A stretch of 64,000 nucleotides of DNA from Malacoraja senta (GCA_038087875.1 CM075987.1:19470001-19534000); one strand, 5' to 3'. Counted from the stretch's first letter, positions 13,766 to 28,874 are shown. Program-made: numbers and translations. The notes: a model not told the origin generated them from the letters alone.

Positions 13766-14336
13766 TACCTCCAGATTCAGTTTCTTCCCAGCTGTTATCA
13801 GGCAACTGATAAATTCCGATTAAAGATAGTTCTAGTCTCCATTGAGGAATATGGGAGGTATGGACCACATCAGCTGGAGTGCAGTCCTGACCTTCCATCT
13901 ATCTCATTAGAGACCTTTGAACTATCTTTAATCGGATTTCAATGTCATATCTTGCACTTAATGTTGTACCCTTTATCTTTTAATTTTGCACTGTGGATGG
14001 CTTGATTGTATTCATGTATAGTCTTTCTACGAGTGGATAGTATGCAAACAAAAACTTTTCACTGCACTTCGGTACATGTGACAATAATAAATGAAACTAA
14101 ATTTAAATATCTTTTTTCCGAAGCTCAATGCATAAGAACAAATAAATGGTAAGCGTTCTGTATTACTTGATCTTAATATCTTTAATTAACTCCAGTACTT
14201 GCAGGCATTTTAATTACTCTTTTTGGACGATGTTTAAGAAATTATTGAATGAGTCTTGAACATATTTTTAATATCTTTGATTATCAGTCATTTAGTTCCA
14301 GGTCAAGCATCATTGCTGCTAGAGAAACTGTCAGAC

Positions 14337-14970
14337 AGTGCCTGTCCCACTTAGGCGATTTTTTTTTGGCAACTCTCAGTCGTAGCATGTTGCCGAAAAA
14401 CCGGCAACTGTAGCCCCCTACGACCATGTCTACGACAAGCTACGACAACCTACCACCTAGTCGACGTCAAGCTACGGCAAGCTACCGACAACTGGCCACC
14501 CATTAGGAAGTCCACCTACGACCACACAGGCAACAATCTACGACAACCGAAGTCAACCTACGTCCACCCGCGACAAGCTACGACAAGCAACGACCCTGTC
14601 GGCGACAACTGAAGACAACTGAAGACAATTCAGTCGCCGGTACCTGTCGCCGGTTGAAATAGGTGGTCACCAATGGAATTCACTGAAGTCAGCACCCGGC
14701 GACAACCAACGTCACCTGACGACAACCTGCGTCATTCTGGCAACAACCTACGACAACACCTTCGACAGGAGTAGACAAGCTACATCAAGCCCACAGTCGC
14801 CGAAAAGTTTTGAACATTTCAAAATCTAGTGGCGACCAGAAAAACGTTATGACTCTATAGGCGACTTGAGGAGACTACTCACAACCATACAGGCGACAGC
14901 CCGCGACCATGTGGCGACAGCCTAGTTGCCTGTAGTCGCCGAAAAAAATCGCCTAAGTGGGACAGGGGCT
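14337..14970. mobile_element. Non-autonomous TIR element (PIF/Harbinger-like MITE)
   Basis: TIR core CCTGTCCCACTTAGGCGATTTTTTT at 14341 and inverted ending at 14966; interior rich in CGAC/GTCG repeats; superfamily inferred. Confidence 0.8.
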
Positions 14971-15286
14971 TTAGAAGACCATTCTATTGCAGGTCTAGTT
15001 AATGCTCACACCCTGTTCCACTGAGATTAGGGGCATTCCCTCCATATCCATATCATATTAATGCTAGTGAAATACTACTTTAGGAACTGGGTGAAATGCA
15101 GTGTGATCCAGCCCAGTGTTACATGAATTATAAAGGAAGATTGGGAAAAAAGGACAACTTAATATATCCTCACACAAAACATAAACTGATGATGTCAACT
15201 GCTTAATATATGACATTCTTAGTGTCAAAGAGATGAAGAGAGCATGCACGTGGCTCCACTTTCTCCTTCACAAAGATCTCAATTAC

Positions 15287-15349
15287 CTGTGAATGTAATG
15301 TGCTGTGGTCAACGTACGATTCCCCACATCCGACATAGGAGCAGCCATT
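15287..15349 (-). CDS. USP20: USP20 exon ([21 protein letters not shown]), ZnF-UBP
   Basis: AG/GT bounded, 63 nt. Confidence 0.95.
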
Positions 15350-15738
15350 CTGTTTTTGGAAAAGGGTAGAAGGAGATGGATTTCAGGGGAAGGAAAATTA
15401 ATTAATGCAACTACTATTCAGTCCTCCGCTCTTATTTTTGGCATTCCAAATGTTATAGCATTGAATAAAAAGCAATGATTACATACCATGACTTATTCCT
15501 TACAGCAGGACAAAAAGCATAAAGGAATTGCCCATGAAAGAAGCCATATTTACAAATTTGCATGCTAACAATGACAAATAAATATCTACATTAATATACT
15601 AAACTCCTTGATTTATTAATCTAGACTAGTTTGTAACCAATCAGGGGCATCAATATTTTAATCTGATAGTTTAAATGACTTCATAGTTAAAACAAACTTC
15701 TAAACAATGAACATTTTTGTAAAATAAATGACTTTTAC

Positions 15739-15792
15739 CTGAAGGCAAGCCCATAGGTTTGGTCCACCAACTCCACAGGATTGGCATGTTCC
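15739..15792 (-). CDS. USP20: USP20 exon ([18 protein letters not shown]), ZnF-UBP
   Basis: AG/GT bounded, 54 nt, phase 0/0. Confidence 0.95.
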
Positions 15793-18700
15793 CTGAAAAA
15801 TAGTTTTTAGTACAATTATCTCAAATCATTACATCAAGCAAAAACATGCTGAACCTACCTTGGATATCATTGTTACAGGACGTGCTCTGTGGGCATCAAA
15901 GTCTATTAGCAAGAACATATTAACAACAGTGGGATTACGAATGACCAAACAAACCAAGCTATAAATAAATAACTGTAGACTGGGATCATGGCAGATACAA
16001 AGAATCAAATTAAAATAAAACTACTGAACTCATCCTCAACAATCTATATGTCACAAATGGATCTGTCCATGACAGTACATAAAAGTGACCACTGTACGTA
16101 TACATTGATACTGAAGACAAAGCCTTACCGTAACACTGGGAACAACTTTCATCGGGCCGCAGGTTAAATGGGATACATTCAGAATATATGAAACAGCTAC
16201 ATAGAACTTAAACATAATAGTACAGCACAAAACAGGCTCTTCAGCCCACAATGTCTGTGCCAAATATGACGCCAAGACCAACTCTTATCTGCCTCCATAT
16301 AATTCATGTCTCTCCATTGCCTGCATATTCATATGCCTATCCAAAAGTCTCTTAGATGCCACCAATGTATCTAACTCAGTCACTACTACGAGCAGCACAT
16401 TCCAGGCACTCACCACCTTGTGTGTAAAAAACTGTCCCCACACATCTCCTTTAAACGTTGCCCTCCTCACATTAAAGCTATGCCCTCTAATAAAAGGTTC
16501 AGACTGCCTTCCCTACCTATGCCTTTGAATGTTATATACTTTTATCAGGTCTCCGCAGAACCTCTGGTGTTCTGGAGGATGAGGGTAACTCTGAGCATTC
16601 ATGAGGAACAATGAGCTTTCAGTAAAGAAAAGCATTCTAACGCAACATGTAACGTCCAGGCCTAGCATATACTTCACCTTAATATTAACTACCAACTGCA
16701 CAACCAAATGTCCTCAGTGAAAAGTGTGGAAAAACATGCCAAGTGCAGCAGCAGACATGCCTACAATTATGATACCAACCGTTGTGAAGTTGAATTTGTG
16801 CTTAAATCTTTGCTTACAGTAGAACTAAATGTTACAAACATACATAAGGAACCCCACAACCCTATTCCACTTTTTGCTCCAATGAATACCATTCACCCGT
16901 CTCCTGTGTTTGGAATCATTTCCAATTCACAGCACAAAAAAAAAAACTACCATATGCCAACAAATTCTTTCCAGAGTCTTTACTTGATATTATCGATAGT
17001 TATGTCCTAGACTTGAGTTTGAACTGATTGCATCTATGTATAATATCTATGTTTGGATCGCATGCAAAACAAAGCTTTTCATTGTACATGTGACAATGAT
17101 AAACCTAGACCTGCCCACAAATGGAACAATTTCTCCACATCAATCCTAATGAAAGCCTTGATGATATTTAAGACCTCCAACAAGTCATAAACTAAAAGAC
17201 TGGCATTTATGTAGGGTCATTCACATCATTGTCAGAATGTACTAAAGTCCTTCGCAACCAATTAAATGCTGATGTTACAGCTGTTTCAATTTCTAAACTG
17301 CAAGCTCCCACAAACAAATGTAATAATCTGTTTTAGAAATGTTGATGGAGGATTAACAGTGGCAGGGATTCGCTCTTTCCATGAAATAGCACCGTGGAAT
17401 TCAAAACACTTGACTGTAGGTCTCAACTGCCTTTCACTTCCAAAGTCCAGGTATACCCTCAACTGAGAGCAGAACAAAGTCTTATTGAAGTCCAGCCCCC
17501 TAACCCAGCAGTCCCCTCCAGCACCACCTAACCTTCCAACTCCCAGGCCCACTCTCCAATAGCCCCTAAGCCTCCTGACGCCAGCCTTGGCCCGCCTGCT
17601 CTCCCGATTTCCAGCCCGACTTATGTACAACCTCTCTCACCTTTTTGATGTCCAGTCTCTTTCCAGCCTTCTTCTCTAGCTCCATTGAAATTACAGTGGA
17701 ATCCAGTGACGTCTCTGTGCTGATCACATCAAAACAATCAGCCAGAAGCCTACCATCTGTCGGCACATTGCATTCAGGTGCACGTTGTACTCCCAGCAGC
17801 TTGGGTGACTTGACAGTCAAAAAATCTGCCCCAATTTGTCCCCGATTGCTCATTCTTCATGCCAATTTACGTCTTTGAGCATGGGACTAGATCGATTGAC
17901 ATTTTGATCTGCATGGACAAGTGAGTTGAGTGGCCTGGTTCCATGCTGTAGGGCTCTGACACCTTCATCCATATTATTTGTTATGCCGTCCATCCCATTT
18001 CTAAAGCTCAACTCATAAATTTCTGTTTCCTGGAAACTTTTTAACTACCCTTTGCATTTGATCACAGTCTCCGAGGCATTGCAGTCAGATGACCACAACG
18101 TTTTTATGGCAGTTCTTAATTTGAAAATAATGGAATAGACATGGATTAATAACATATTCAGAACTATGTATCACAATTTCACTTTGATAAGAGTGAATGA
18201 GCAAACAATACCAAATAAATGAAATTACAAGATGCATTAAAAAACAATAGGTAGGATCCCAAAGCAAAGTTTTAATCTGATGCAAGGTCAGAGAACTTAA
18301 ACATTAACTCTGCCATTCCGCATGGTGCTCCCTGTACTGCTGAGTATTTTTAGCATTTCATTTTAAAAAATAATACTGGCCAAAATCTGCACTTGACCAG
18401 ACAATAATATTGTACAATTCAAGGAGGGGCATGTGGCCCAAGAAAAGATCACAAGCCATTAAAAGCTGGAAAAAATAAGTAAAACACTAAGTGCTGAAGG
18501 AACTCAGCAGGTCAGGCAGCGTCTGTGGAGGTATTAGACAGATGTTTCAGGTTGTCAGGGGAGAGCAGAGCCTGTAAGTGATAGATGGATACAGTTGGAG
18601 GAGGGTCGTGGGGGGTGGAGTGGTTGGTGGTGATGGGGAGAAATAATAGTATTTTTCTCTTTCTGCCTCTACCATCTCGCCAATTATTCCTATTGCAGCA

Positions 18701-21700
18701 TGGAAAGATGTATTAGCACAGGGACAAAACCAAAGACACTTATGTAAGTCCTGCTCTCTGTGAACATCAGCTGTTTGTCGGGTGGTTACTAAAAATAAGT
18801 GTTGTGCATCATATGTATCAACAATTAGTCAGATCTGGGACTGGAGAGACAGTAACAAATGGCTATTAGAGAGAAACTTACAATCAGCAGAAACTGCTCC
18901 TAAAATAATGCATAGTGAATCTTACATCCCATTTGGTAGTAACCAACATATAATTAATTACAAATATTTATTCAGCTGCTATCATGTCTGATGGAAGAAT
19001 GGAAAACTTTTCAACTGATAACACTCTCTACGGCTTGCTTTACCAATTTTGTGGGTAGACACCAAATGCTGGAGTAACTCAGCAGGACAGGCAGCATCTC
19101 TGGAGAGAAGGAATGGGTGACGTTTTGGGTCGAGACCCTTCTTCAGACTGATTTTGTGTTCCTTGCACAAATTATCCAGACTTACGATCTTTTTGGTCAT
19201 GTAACAAAATTGACTGAGGGATGGTGGCAGATCGGAACTACAGCAATAGCGAAATCTGAGAAGTAAATTTGGCTGCTTGTCTGCATTTCACACAGGCCTT
19301 TTCTTCAACTGCTAGTTCTACAAACCAACCAGGATCTTAATGAGCGGACACCTATCTATACCACAAAATAAAAGCAAAATATACAAAGCTAGCTCCTCAC
19401 ACACTAACATTCATTTTCCCCATCACTGTTGCATTGTGGCTGCAACGTGCACCATTAAACAGTTACCTGCCTCGGCTCCACCAACAGCATCTTCTAAAGC
19501 AGGTAACTCGCACTGCTCCATCCCTTTCTCTCTCCTCCTTTCCACCCTGGTCTTCTCTCACACCCACCTTGTCCCCAAACACTATTTATTCGCTGCCACT
19601 CATCATAACTCCCCCAACGGATTCCCTTTGCCCTCTTATAACCAACCCCTTCTCTCCCTGTTGTTCTCATCTCCCGTCACCCCTCATTCAATTCCATTAT
19701 TCGCCTTCCCTTCACATTGGATTCCAGAATCTGTAGCATTTTGTTCCCCACCCATCACTTTTTAGTCTCTCTTGTTATCACCACCCTTCTGACCTTTACC
19801 TTCGAATCAACCCCTTCTCAAATGTATCCATCTATCACTTCTAGCTCTTGGTCCTCTTTTACCCTCCACTTCTTTATACTAACTAGGTCCCTTCTACTCA
19901 TTCAGTCTAGATGAAGAGTCTTGACCAGGAATATCGACTCTTCATTTTCATCCACAGATGTTGTCTGACCTGCTGAATTCCTCCAATTGCTCTCCTTTTT
20001 CACTATAGATTCCAGCATCTGAAGTCTTTTGTACCTTCTAAACCAGTGACTTCTAAATCCAAGAAGGTCAAAGGTAGGAAATGCGACATAACTACCTGCA
20101 TATTTATCTCCAATTTGCACACCATCTTAACCTGGAAATATATTGCTGTCCTTTCTGACTTGTAAATCTTGGAACCCTTTATCCAGCATTGTTTTGGGTG
20201 TACCTTCACCAAACAGACTACAACAGTTGAACGTGGCTCACCTTCTCAAGGAATTACGGATGGGAAATAATCACTGACTTTGCCAGCGGCACCCACATCC
20301 ACATCAAGAGTACTAGTTTAGGAGAAATGGTATTGGTTTATTATTGTCACGTCTTTCGAGATACAGTGGAAAATAAATTATGTGCTATGCCATACGTGAG
20401 TATAATCAAGCCATACACAAGTACAACATGTAGTACAAAGAGAAAAATAACCAGAGTGCAAATTATAGTAGACACAAAATGCTGGAGTAACTCAGTGGGA
20501 CAGGCAGCATCTCTGGAGAGAAGGAATGGGTGACGTTTCGAGTTGAGACCATTCTTCCTGACGTTTCGGGACGAGACCCGTCTTCCTGATGTTTCAAGTC
20601 GAGACCCTTCTACCATCTCGTCTCGACCCGAAACGTTACCCATTTCTTCTCCCCAGAGATGCTGCCTGTCCCGCTGAGTTACTCCAGCATTTCGTGTCTA
20701 CCTTCGATTTAGAACAGCATCTGCAGTTCTTTCCTATGCAAAATATAGTGTTACAACTGCAGATAAAATGCAGATACAAAAATGTTCAAGAGCCACAACA
20801 AGTTGAACAGATCTCACATAAAATAAGGGGGTATTCATAATCCCAAGATTACACCCTTAGTGTACGAGAGATCTGTTCCAACAGTAGTATCAGTCCCAGA
20901 ATCTGGAGGTACAGAACTTACAGTTTTTTTTGATTTGTCAGTCTCCCATTGAATTGAATTACTTACCGAGTCAAAAGTTTGCTGTTTCATAAAGCAGGGA
21001 AATTTATATTGTGTAAGAGAATATCAGACCATAGATTTACAGCATTGGGAAAAAACAATTTCCATTTCATTAAATAGAATTTGGAATCTAGCTAGTGCTT
21101 AGGAATTAAACTTAATTTAACAGCCCTCCAATGTTCTGTGAAAACTGAAAAAGAGTGAACCTATATTCCCACAATGCCTTTGGGAAATGAGTTCAATGAT
21201 TTACATCAAAGGATTCAAGGAACAGCAATATATTTCCAAGTTATGATGGTGTGAGACTTAATGTGGACTCTGTAGATCATAGTGTTCCCATGATCCTGCT
21301 GTCCTTGCCCTCCTTTATGGTCAGAAAAGCCTAGATTGAATCCTTTGCCACAGAAGGCTGTGGAGGCAAAGTCAATGGATATTTTTAAGGTAGAGATGGA
21401 TAGATTCTTGATTAGTACGATTGTCAGGGTTATGGGGAGAAGGCAGGGGAATAGGGTAAGGAGGGAGAGATAGATCATCCATGATTGAATGGCAGAGAAG
21501 ACTTGATGGGCCGAATGGCCTAATTCTGCTCCTATCATTTATGACCTTATGAGGTAAGCAATTGCACAATTAATTGTATGGATGACATGAACTACATGGT
21601 GAATGAATAAACCTTTAAGTGGTTGGGGTGCCAATTAAGCAGGCAAGATTCCTGAATAATATTACACAGCAAGGCATATAAACAACAATTTAATAAATGA

Positions 21701-22092
21701 TCACATAATCCTTCTGGTTGTACTGGCTGAAGGATAATGTTCCTATCAGCATTACAAATCTATGCTTTGATCAGTGCCTTAGAATATTTTACATTGGTTG
21801 AATTTGTTTAATATATGTCCAATAAAGGCCACCTCGCTTCTGCACTGGTGTGAAAATCTTCATTACATGCCCAAGTATTTGTAGTGGAGGTTAAGTACAA
21901 ATCCTACTAGGACCGAGCAGAGAGCCAAAAATATGAAAAGAGAACATCGATCAATAAAAGCCATGATATGGATACAATTTGCAGTGCAAATATTATCTTG
22001 CATTGGTAACAGACACAACAAGATTTCAACATGAAATGAGGCCACATATCAAGATTAGCCAACTCAATTTGAAGGTTTAACAACTCTTTTAC

Positions 22093-22173
22093 CTTTGATT
22101 TTTGCAATAGCTCCTCTCTGGTGATTTCTCCTACGGAATCCAAATGGGGGCAGATATCACCTACATTAGACAT
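22093..22173 (-). CDS. USP20: USP20 first coding exon ([27 protein letters not shown]); the exon extends 5' to the acceptor at 22190
   Basis: ATG at 22173, donor AAG|GTAAAA, matches the USP20 N-terminus. Confidence 0.93.
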
Positions 22174-24559
22174 CTTATGGAACTTTGATGCTGTAACACA
22201 AAATGCGGTTATTAAGGGTAAAAACAGTACATAGATTTATAAGCAGGCTCATTATTGACAACAGATATTCAGCAAAAATTATTGACTTAACCCAACTTCA
22301 CCTTAGCCAGTTTACTCAATATAGAGTTTCCTACATGTTTCAAAATATTAATTCGCCTTTTTTACATCCAGTGAGATATATTTGGTGGCAAATGATGTAG
22401 TTATGTTCTAGAATAGAGGGGAAAAGAGACATTCAATGTACAGACATCTTAACTAATACTAATCTACCAACTCCCAAGCAAGGTCTCTATAGAGTTTAGA
22501 AATCTCACATCTTGAAAGGGTAGATGCCGAGATGATGTTTCCTGGACACGGTGCCTAGTCTTCATTCAAATGGTAGTAAACATTTAAAATTTTCTACTGA
22601 ATAGTTTAACTCCAGTTAAGAATGTTCATACATTAAATTAATCATTTCTCCCCATTCAAGAGCATAAATACAGAGTGTAGATTGTCAATATAAAAAAGAC
22701 AGAGACCGACAGATTTTGGATATAGAGAGAGCCCAGCATTTGTAGTTATTAAAGGGACCACAAATGTCTTGCTTCCCTTAATATCGGAAAATCTATCATC
22801 CTCAGTCTTCCTTACATTGAGCCATCATAACCCTCTTCAGAGAGAATGCCAAATATTCACTACCCTTTGGATGATTTTTTTTTCTTTCCAGAGCCTTGAA
22901 TGCCTGATTTTAGTAACCAAAGTCAGGGGGCATTATTTAGTAAGGTAAAGTGGCAAGGAGCTAAGATCTTCTGTAATGGCAGGGCAGGCATGAGCGATCA
23001 ATCAGTCTACTTTTACTTCTATTTATTGACTTATGTTAAGTCACTATTAAAACCTCTTTCTACTTTATATGCCGCGACTAATGATAGACTAATGTGCTAA
23101 TGTTAATTTTATCCTTGAGTAAAGACAGCTCTCAGGTGGCTGGTTTACAATCACCTTCAATCAGACTACCATAGGCAGTTTGTAATATAGTTACAAAATT
23201 GTTGTTTCTTTTGCATTACTTCAAAGATAATATTTGAATAAAATACAAAGTGCTGGAGGAACTCAGCAGATCAGGCTGCATCTAGGGAGTGAATGGACAG
23301 GCGACGATTCGGGTCAGGACTCTTCTTCTTCTGGAATAATAGTGAACACAGGCAAACTATATTGCTTCCAAAGTACAGATGTCCAGCTGATCCAGGTTGT
23401 TGTGGGGGAGGGTGGGGTAAGAAATACATTGATTATAGCCTGCGATTTCTTGCTTGAAAACCCATTCAAAACATAGAAAAGTACAGCATAGGAACAGGCC
23501 CTTCAACCCACAATGTCCAAGCGGAACATAATGCCAACTTAAACTAATCTCCGGTAGACACAAAATGCTGGAGTAACTCAGCGGGACAGGCAGCATCTCT
23601 GGAGAGAAAGAATGGGTGACTTTTCGGGTCGAGACCCTTCTTCAGCCTGAAGAAGGGTCTTGACCCAAAACGTCACCCGTTCCTTCTCTCCAGAGAACCA
23701 GCTTCAATTTAAACCAGTTCTTTCCAACAACCATATAAACTAATCTCCTCTGTATACATGCGATTCATATCTCTCCATTCCCTACATATCCAAGTGCCTA
23801 TTTAAAAGCCTCTCAAATTCCACTATTGTATCTAATACCATGATACCAAGCCAAAAGGAATAGAAAATCTGACCCTTGGTTGGAATGACAGTGTGCAGGA
23901 AAGAGCTGTAGTTCTGATTACCATATAGCAGGTGGAATCCTGTTCCAACATCCTCACATATAATAAAGGAGTGCTAATGTATGGTGCATCTTGCATTCTA
24001 AGTAATAGTGAGAAAATAGACTACAGATGCTGGTAATCAAATAATTATGCATATCACAACGTTAAATATTCTAACCATGCTCACCACAGATGCTGCCTGA
24101 CCCACTGAATCACTCCAGCCCTTTCTGTTTTGCTCAAGATTGCTTGTGTTTCATTATTTTGCTGAATAATCCTTGGTTTGCTCCACATTCCAGCATCTGC
24201 AGTTCCTTGTGACTCCAAGTTATTACGCATGTTGTAAATCAAGCCCCATCGCCATTCATTCGCAGACATGTCTCCATCCCAACCTCACAGCAAATTGAAA
24301 TCGGAAGGAGGACGTGTCTTTTTTTAAAAAATTGCTTTAGTTTCAGACAACAACATAATGAGCGTTGCAATCATGAAGTGGTAGTGAAGCCGGGTGTGGC
24401 GGAGGAGGAAGCGACAGCAAGTCCTCAGCCCAACAGCTGTCAGGACTCAGTGCCCACAGGGGTTGGCACCACACAAAAGGCACTCAGCAGATACGCCGCC
24501 GAATATTTGTTTTCAAAGACATTTATTACGTTCAAACAGATCGCGATTCCAAATCTTAC

Positions 24560-24735
24560 CTCCCTTCTCCAGGCCGTGTTATACCCGCCGACACCCCTCT
24601 TCCTCACCCTCTATTATTTTCCTATTAACGATGCACAGCTTGCCACCTCCGCCATATTGGAAAAGCTAAGGTGTCCCGGTGCGGTCTGGGAATTGTAGTT
24701 CCACTAATGCCGAAAGAACTACACCCACCCACCAT
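24560..24735 (-). promoter_or_regulatory. USP20: USP20 promoter and probable non-coding exon 1
   Basis: CpG-enriched patch. ACTACAATTCCCAG (ZNF143/THAP11-type) on minus at 24686-24699. YY1-type CCGCCATATT at 24649-24658. Strong donor GAG|GTAAGA ending an exon at 24560. TSS is approximate. Confidence 0.7.
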
Positions 24736-25692
24736 AGGTGTGACGGGGAGTCCAGCGGCACAAAAAAAACACGCAGATGCAGGAAATCTGAGATAAAACA
24801 GTAAATACTCAGCAGGCTGGGTTGCATCTGTGGAGAAAGAAACGACGTGTAACGTTTCAGAGCGATGACCTTTTATCAGAACTAAAAAAAAAGCGAAATA
24901 AGGCATTTCCCATTGCAAAGAAGGGAAAGAATTACATGCACCAACAGCTGAACAATTAAGTGCTTACTTGCAGCAGCAGTTGCAGGCTTATAAACACCGT
25001 ATCCATAGATAATATACAATAACAAAAGTTTACAATTAATAACCCCAATATTAGATTTAAAAATCTTGAAGTCCTTACTGCAACCACAGACCATAATACA
25101 TAATTGAGGTTGTGTGAGGAGGTGTAGGACTGCAAGAACAAAAGATCTGTTTTCATCTCTGGGAGAATTCAAAGCATTATAATCAGAAGACGAGCTTTAT
25201 TAGTTTTTAGATGAGAGAGGCAAAGTTTAAAGGAAATGTGTGATGCAAGTTATATGCAGAGAATGGCGACTGCCTGGAACACGCTGCTAGGGGCTGTGGT
25301 GGAAACAGATGCAACAGTGGCATCTAAGAGGATTTTGAGTTGGCACATGGATATGCAGGAAATGGAGTGATGTAGATCATGTGCAGGCAGATGAGATTAC
25401 TTTAACTTGGCTTCATGTTTGGCATGGACATTGTGGGCCAAAGGGCCTGTTCCTGTGTCGTACTGTTCTGTGTTCTAAAAGGCTCTGTGACTGTATCCGG
25501 TAGAGTTTGTTTACTGTGAGCTCCTGGCAAGGCAAAGGTGAGGAGTGGGAATATCAAGGAATAGTGCTGGTATAAGGTTTTAAGGATTGTTGCATGACAC
25601 TTTGTGAAAATTCATAAAAACAACATAGACATTCTACTCCCAGTGCATGATACTGTGAAGAGTGGTGAAGAAGACTATGCAACTGTAGACAT

Positions 25693-25718
25693 GAGAGAGA
25701 GAGAGAGAGAGAGAGAGA
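25693..25718. repeat. (GA)n microsatellite
   Basis: Direct reading. Confidence 0.95.
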
Positions 25719-25762
25719 TCACCTTTTCCCTCCTGTGGTCAATGCTCTTCCTGTTCCCAATT

Positions 25763-26110
25763 TCAAGTAATCGGTGAGGTTATAGTGAGGTCAAGAAATG
25801 GCAGGGAAATGTCAGAAATGGTCCAGGTGTATTTGAGTGCCGGATGGAAGTTAGTGATGAAATGGATGAAGCCAGTGAGTTGTGTGTGGGTGCAGGATGT
25901 AGCACCAATGCAGTCGTCGATGTAGCGGAGGTAGAGTTCGGGGATAGGGCCATGGTACGTCTCGAACAAGGATTGTTCGACGTACCCTACAAATTTGTAG
26001 CCAACCCTACAAGTCTGAAGAAGGGTTTCGACCCGAAACGTTGCCTATTTCCTTCGCTCCATAGATGCTGCCTCCCGCTGAGTTTCTCCAGCATTTTTGT
26101 CTACCCCCAA
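25763..26110 (-). mobile_element. Penelope-like element RT fragment plus terminal repeat
   Basis: LYLRYIDDCIG...FHPALKYTW...LPFLDL (PLE-type RT motifs). Confidence 0.85.
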
Positions 26111-28464
26111 TTCCAAGTGTTTGGGGTTCCCTCACAGTTACTCCTTGTGCTATGGCTGCAGCAAACCTCAATTACCCAATCAATCACACCCCTGGAACTT
26201 GGACCAAGAAGCCAACAGAGGAACTGAAAAAAAGACGAGTTGCTAACTTGTTAAAAAATTCCACAGATGTACATTGAATGATTTAATTACGGAGTCAAAG
26301 GTTTGTTTCCACTTTGAAATTGCAACACGGTACTCTCATGCTTATTTTAGTGGAATTGCACAGTGTGGTGAAATTACCAAAACCTGCTAAATACGTCAGT
26401 GATTTACACTGCCCAAGTGTTATCTCATGTAACCTGCTATATTATACGAGACATATTCATAGATGATGTGTTGATATTCATTAAAAATGAGATTGCCATC
26501 AGAAAATTAACCACAAAGCTAACCTGATCTGAATTTAAAAGCAAAGTATCAGACAACTATTGTATCCATTTTCATTGCAGCACTGAGACCTGACATTTAA
26601 TGCTTGGCTTATTATGAACTTATTGAAGCTATCTCAAATACAAACATACCAAAGGAGAAACTAGATAACATGTATTGAGATCACAATCCAAAACAGATTC
26701 CTATCATCAATGCTCTACTTTCCGCTGTCTAACATTGTCAGGATTATTTACCCAAGGTATTTGAAGTAAGAATATAGGAGCCGACCAGATGAATAATGAA
26801 AGATGATTCCGCAGATACAGCGTTTAACAAATCAACACATAACTATATATATATCCTGTTGCTGCATCCAAACTGGTTCAGAGGGTTGCTGTCATTTATT
26901 TGGATGATGGTATTTTTGAAATTATGATTTATTTATATTCATTAGTGCTGCAAATGCTTGACAAATTTTAAGACACAATTCGCCAAGGTGTCCAGGACAG
27001 TGATTACCAAAGCCATTGTACTCAAGCGTATAATGTGGTTTTGCAGGGATCGCTTTGTGAATTGGCACATTTATCAATGTAAAGTAAAAGCCTAAGATAG
27101 ACACAAAATGCTGGAGTAACTCAGTGGGACTGGCAGCATCTCTGGAGAGAAGGAATGGGTGACTTTTCGAGACCTTTCTTAGTTTAGCATTTTGTGTCTA
27201 TCTTCGATTGAAACCAGCATCTACAGTTCCTTCCTACACATAAAGTAAAAGCCTGATTATCCAGCATGTTACAAACTGACATGGAACTGGAATGGCTAAG
27301 CCAGTGGAGGGACAGTAGTAAAAGAGCACCCGGCTGGCATCAGGATTGCGCTGAAGGATGACCAGGCTAACCTCAGGATAACGTTGAGGGAATGCTTGGA
27401 ATGAGATCTGGACAGTGTTGAGGAGCACCTGGGCATACACTGGAATAGCACTGAGGGAGTATTTGCACTGTCACTATAAGACCACAGGGTGGAGTTCCCA
27501 GGCTAACATCAGGTTAAAATGGATATTTAATAAAATCACATGTCATGTCTGGCATCTGCTGGGTAACGTGCACACTGAAAGCTTGACCTGCAATCAAGGG
27601 GGCTTTTTAAAAAAGTTGACAAATTTACTGCTTTAATGGAAATTACACAGACCGTAAAACACTGAAGTTTCTAGATAGCTTCTTTGCAGAACCAGAAAAA
27701 TTGGTCTCTGTCCACACACATTACTTACCGCCCAGGAATTTATGATTTCATGCAATTCTTTACCAAACTGAGCAAGTCAGCGACTCTTGTTTAAGAAGGA
27801 ATTGCAGATGCTGGAAAATTGAAGGTAGACAAAAATGCTGGAGAAACTCAGCGGGTGCAGCAGCATCTATGGAGCGAAGGAAATAGGCAACGTTTCGGGC
27901 CGAAACCCTTCTTCAGACCCTTGTCAGCGACTCTTGTCAGTTTATTGTGTGCATGTCCGTGATCAGTAATAGAGTGGTTGGATCACATGCAGACAGTGGA
28001 GATTAGTTTATCTTGCATCATTTTTTCCATGGACATTGTGGGCCAAGGGGCCTGTTCCTGTGCAAACATCTGATGTTTAAAAACAGTATTAAGAGAATTT
28101 TCCATATCCCCCCATTCCTTGCATATCTATGTGCATATCTAAAACTTCACTATGGAAACTGCCTCCACCACCACCCTTTTATGAATCTTTTTTGAACATG
28201 AACGATATTATTTGTATTATTTGAGTTACTTATTTGTTTGTTTTCCTTTGTGTTTTATTTTCTTTTTTATTGCTTATAAGTTTATTTGTGTTTGTATATA
28301 TATTTTTTTAACATGTTCAAATGCTCTGTGTATTTCAAAATGTATTTGATTATAAAACGCTCTATGTGTTCCTCAGGAAGTTGTGAAACAAAGATCCGCT
28401 CTATGATCTTTGATGTGAAACACCTTTCCTCAACACGTCCTTTGCCTTATAATTAAACCATAAT

Positions 28465-28870
28465 GCTCTGACCTCCCTACCATCGAGGGGATCTATCGCA
28501 GTCGCTGCCTCAAAAAGGCTGCCAGCGTCATCAAGGACCCACACCACCCTGGCCACTCACTCATCTCCCCGCTGCCTTCAGGTAGAAAGTACAGGAGCCT
28601 GAAATCTGCAACATCCAGGTTCAGGAATAGCCACTTCCCCACAACCATCAGGCTATTAAACTCAACTCAAACAAAACTCTGATCATTAATAGCCCATTGC
28701 ACTTTATCTGTTTATTTATGTGTGTATATATATATTCATTGGTATATGGTCACACTGATCAGTTTTGTTCTGTATTTATTTATGCCTACTTTTTTCTGTT
28801 GAGCTGAAGCAAAGCAAGAATTTCATTGTCCTATCTGGGACACATGACAATAAACTCTCTTGTTTCTTGA
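28465..28870 (+). mobile_element. Rex1/Babar-like LINE 3' end, same family as 61718-63250
   Basis: SDLPTIEGIY.SRCLKKAASVIKDPHHPGH; ends AATAAA plus CTTG(A) tail just upstream of the C9orf78 promoter. Confidence 0.85.
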
Positions 28871-28874
28871 GCAA

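Noticed and set aside
14400..14940. CGAC-rich repeat array as CRISPR-like or satellite
   Set aside because: No fixed repeat-spacer period; it is the interior of a TIR-bounded MITE in eukaryotic DNA.
24652..24660. CCATATTGG as an SRF CArG box
   Set aside because: Only 5 A/T between CC and GG; better explained as a YY1-type site.
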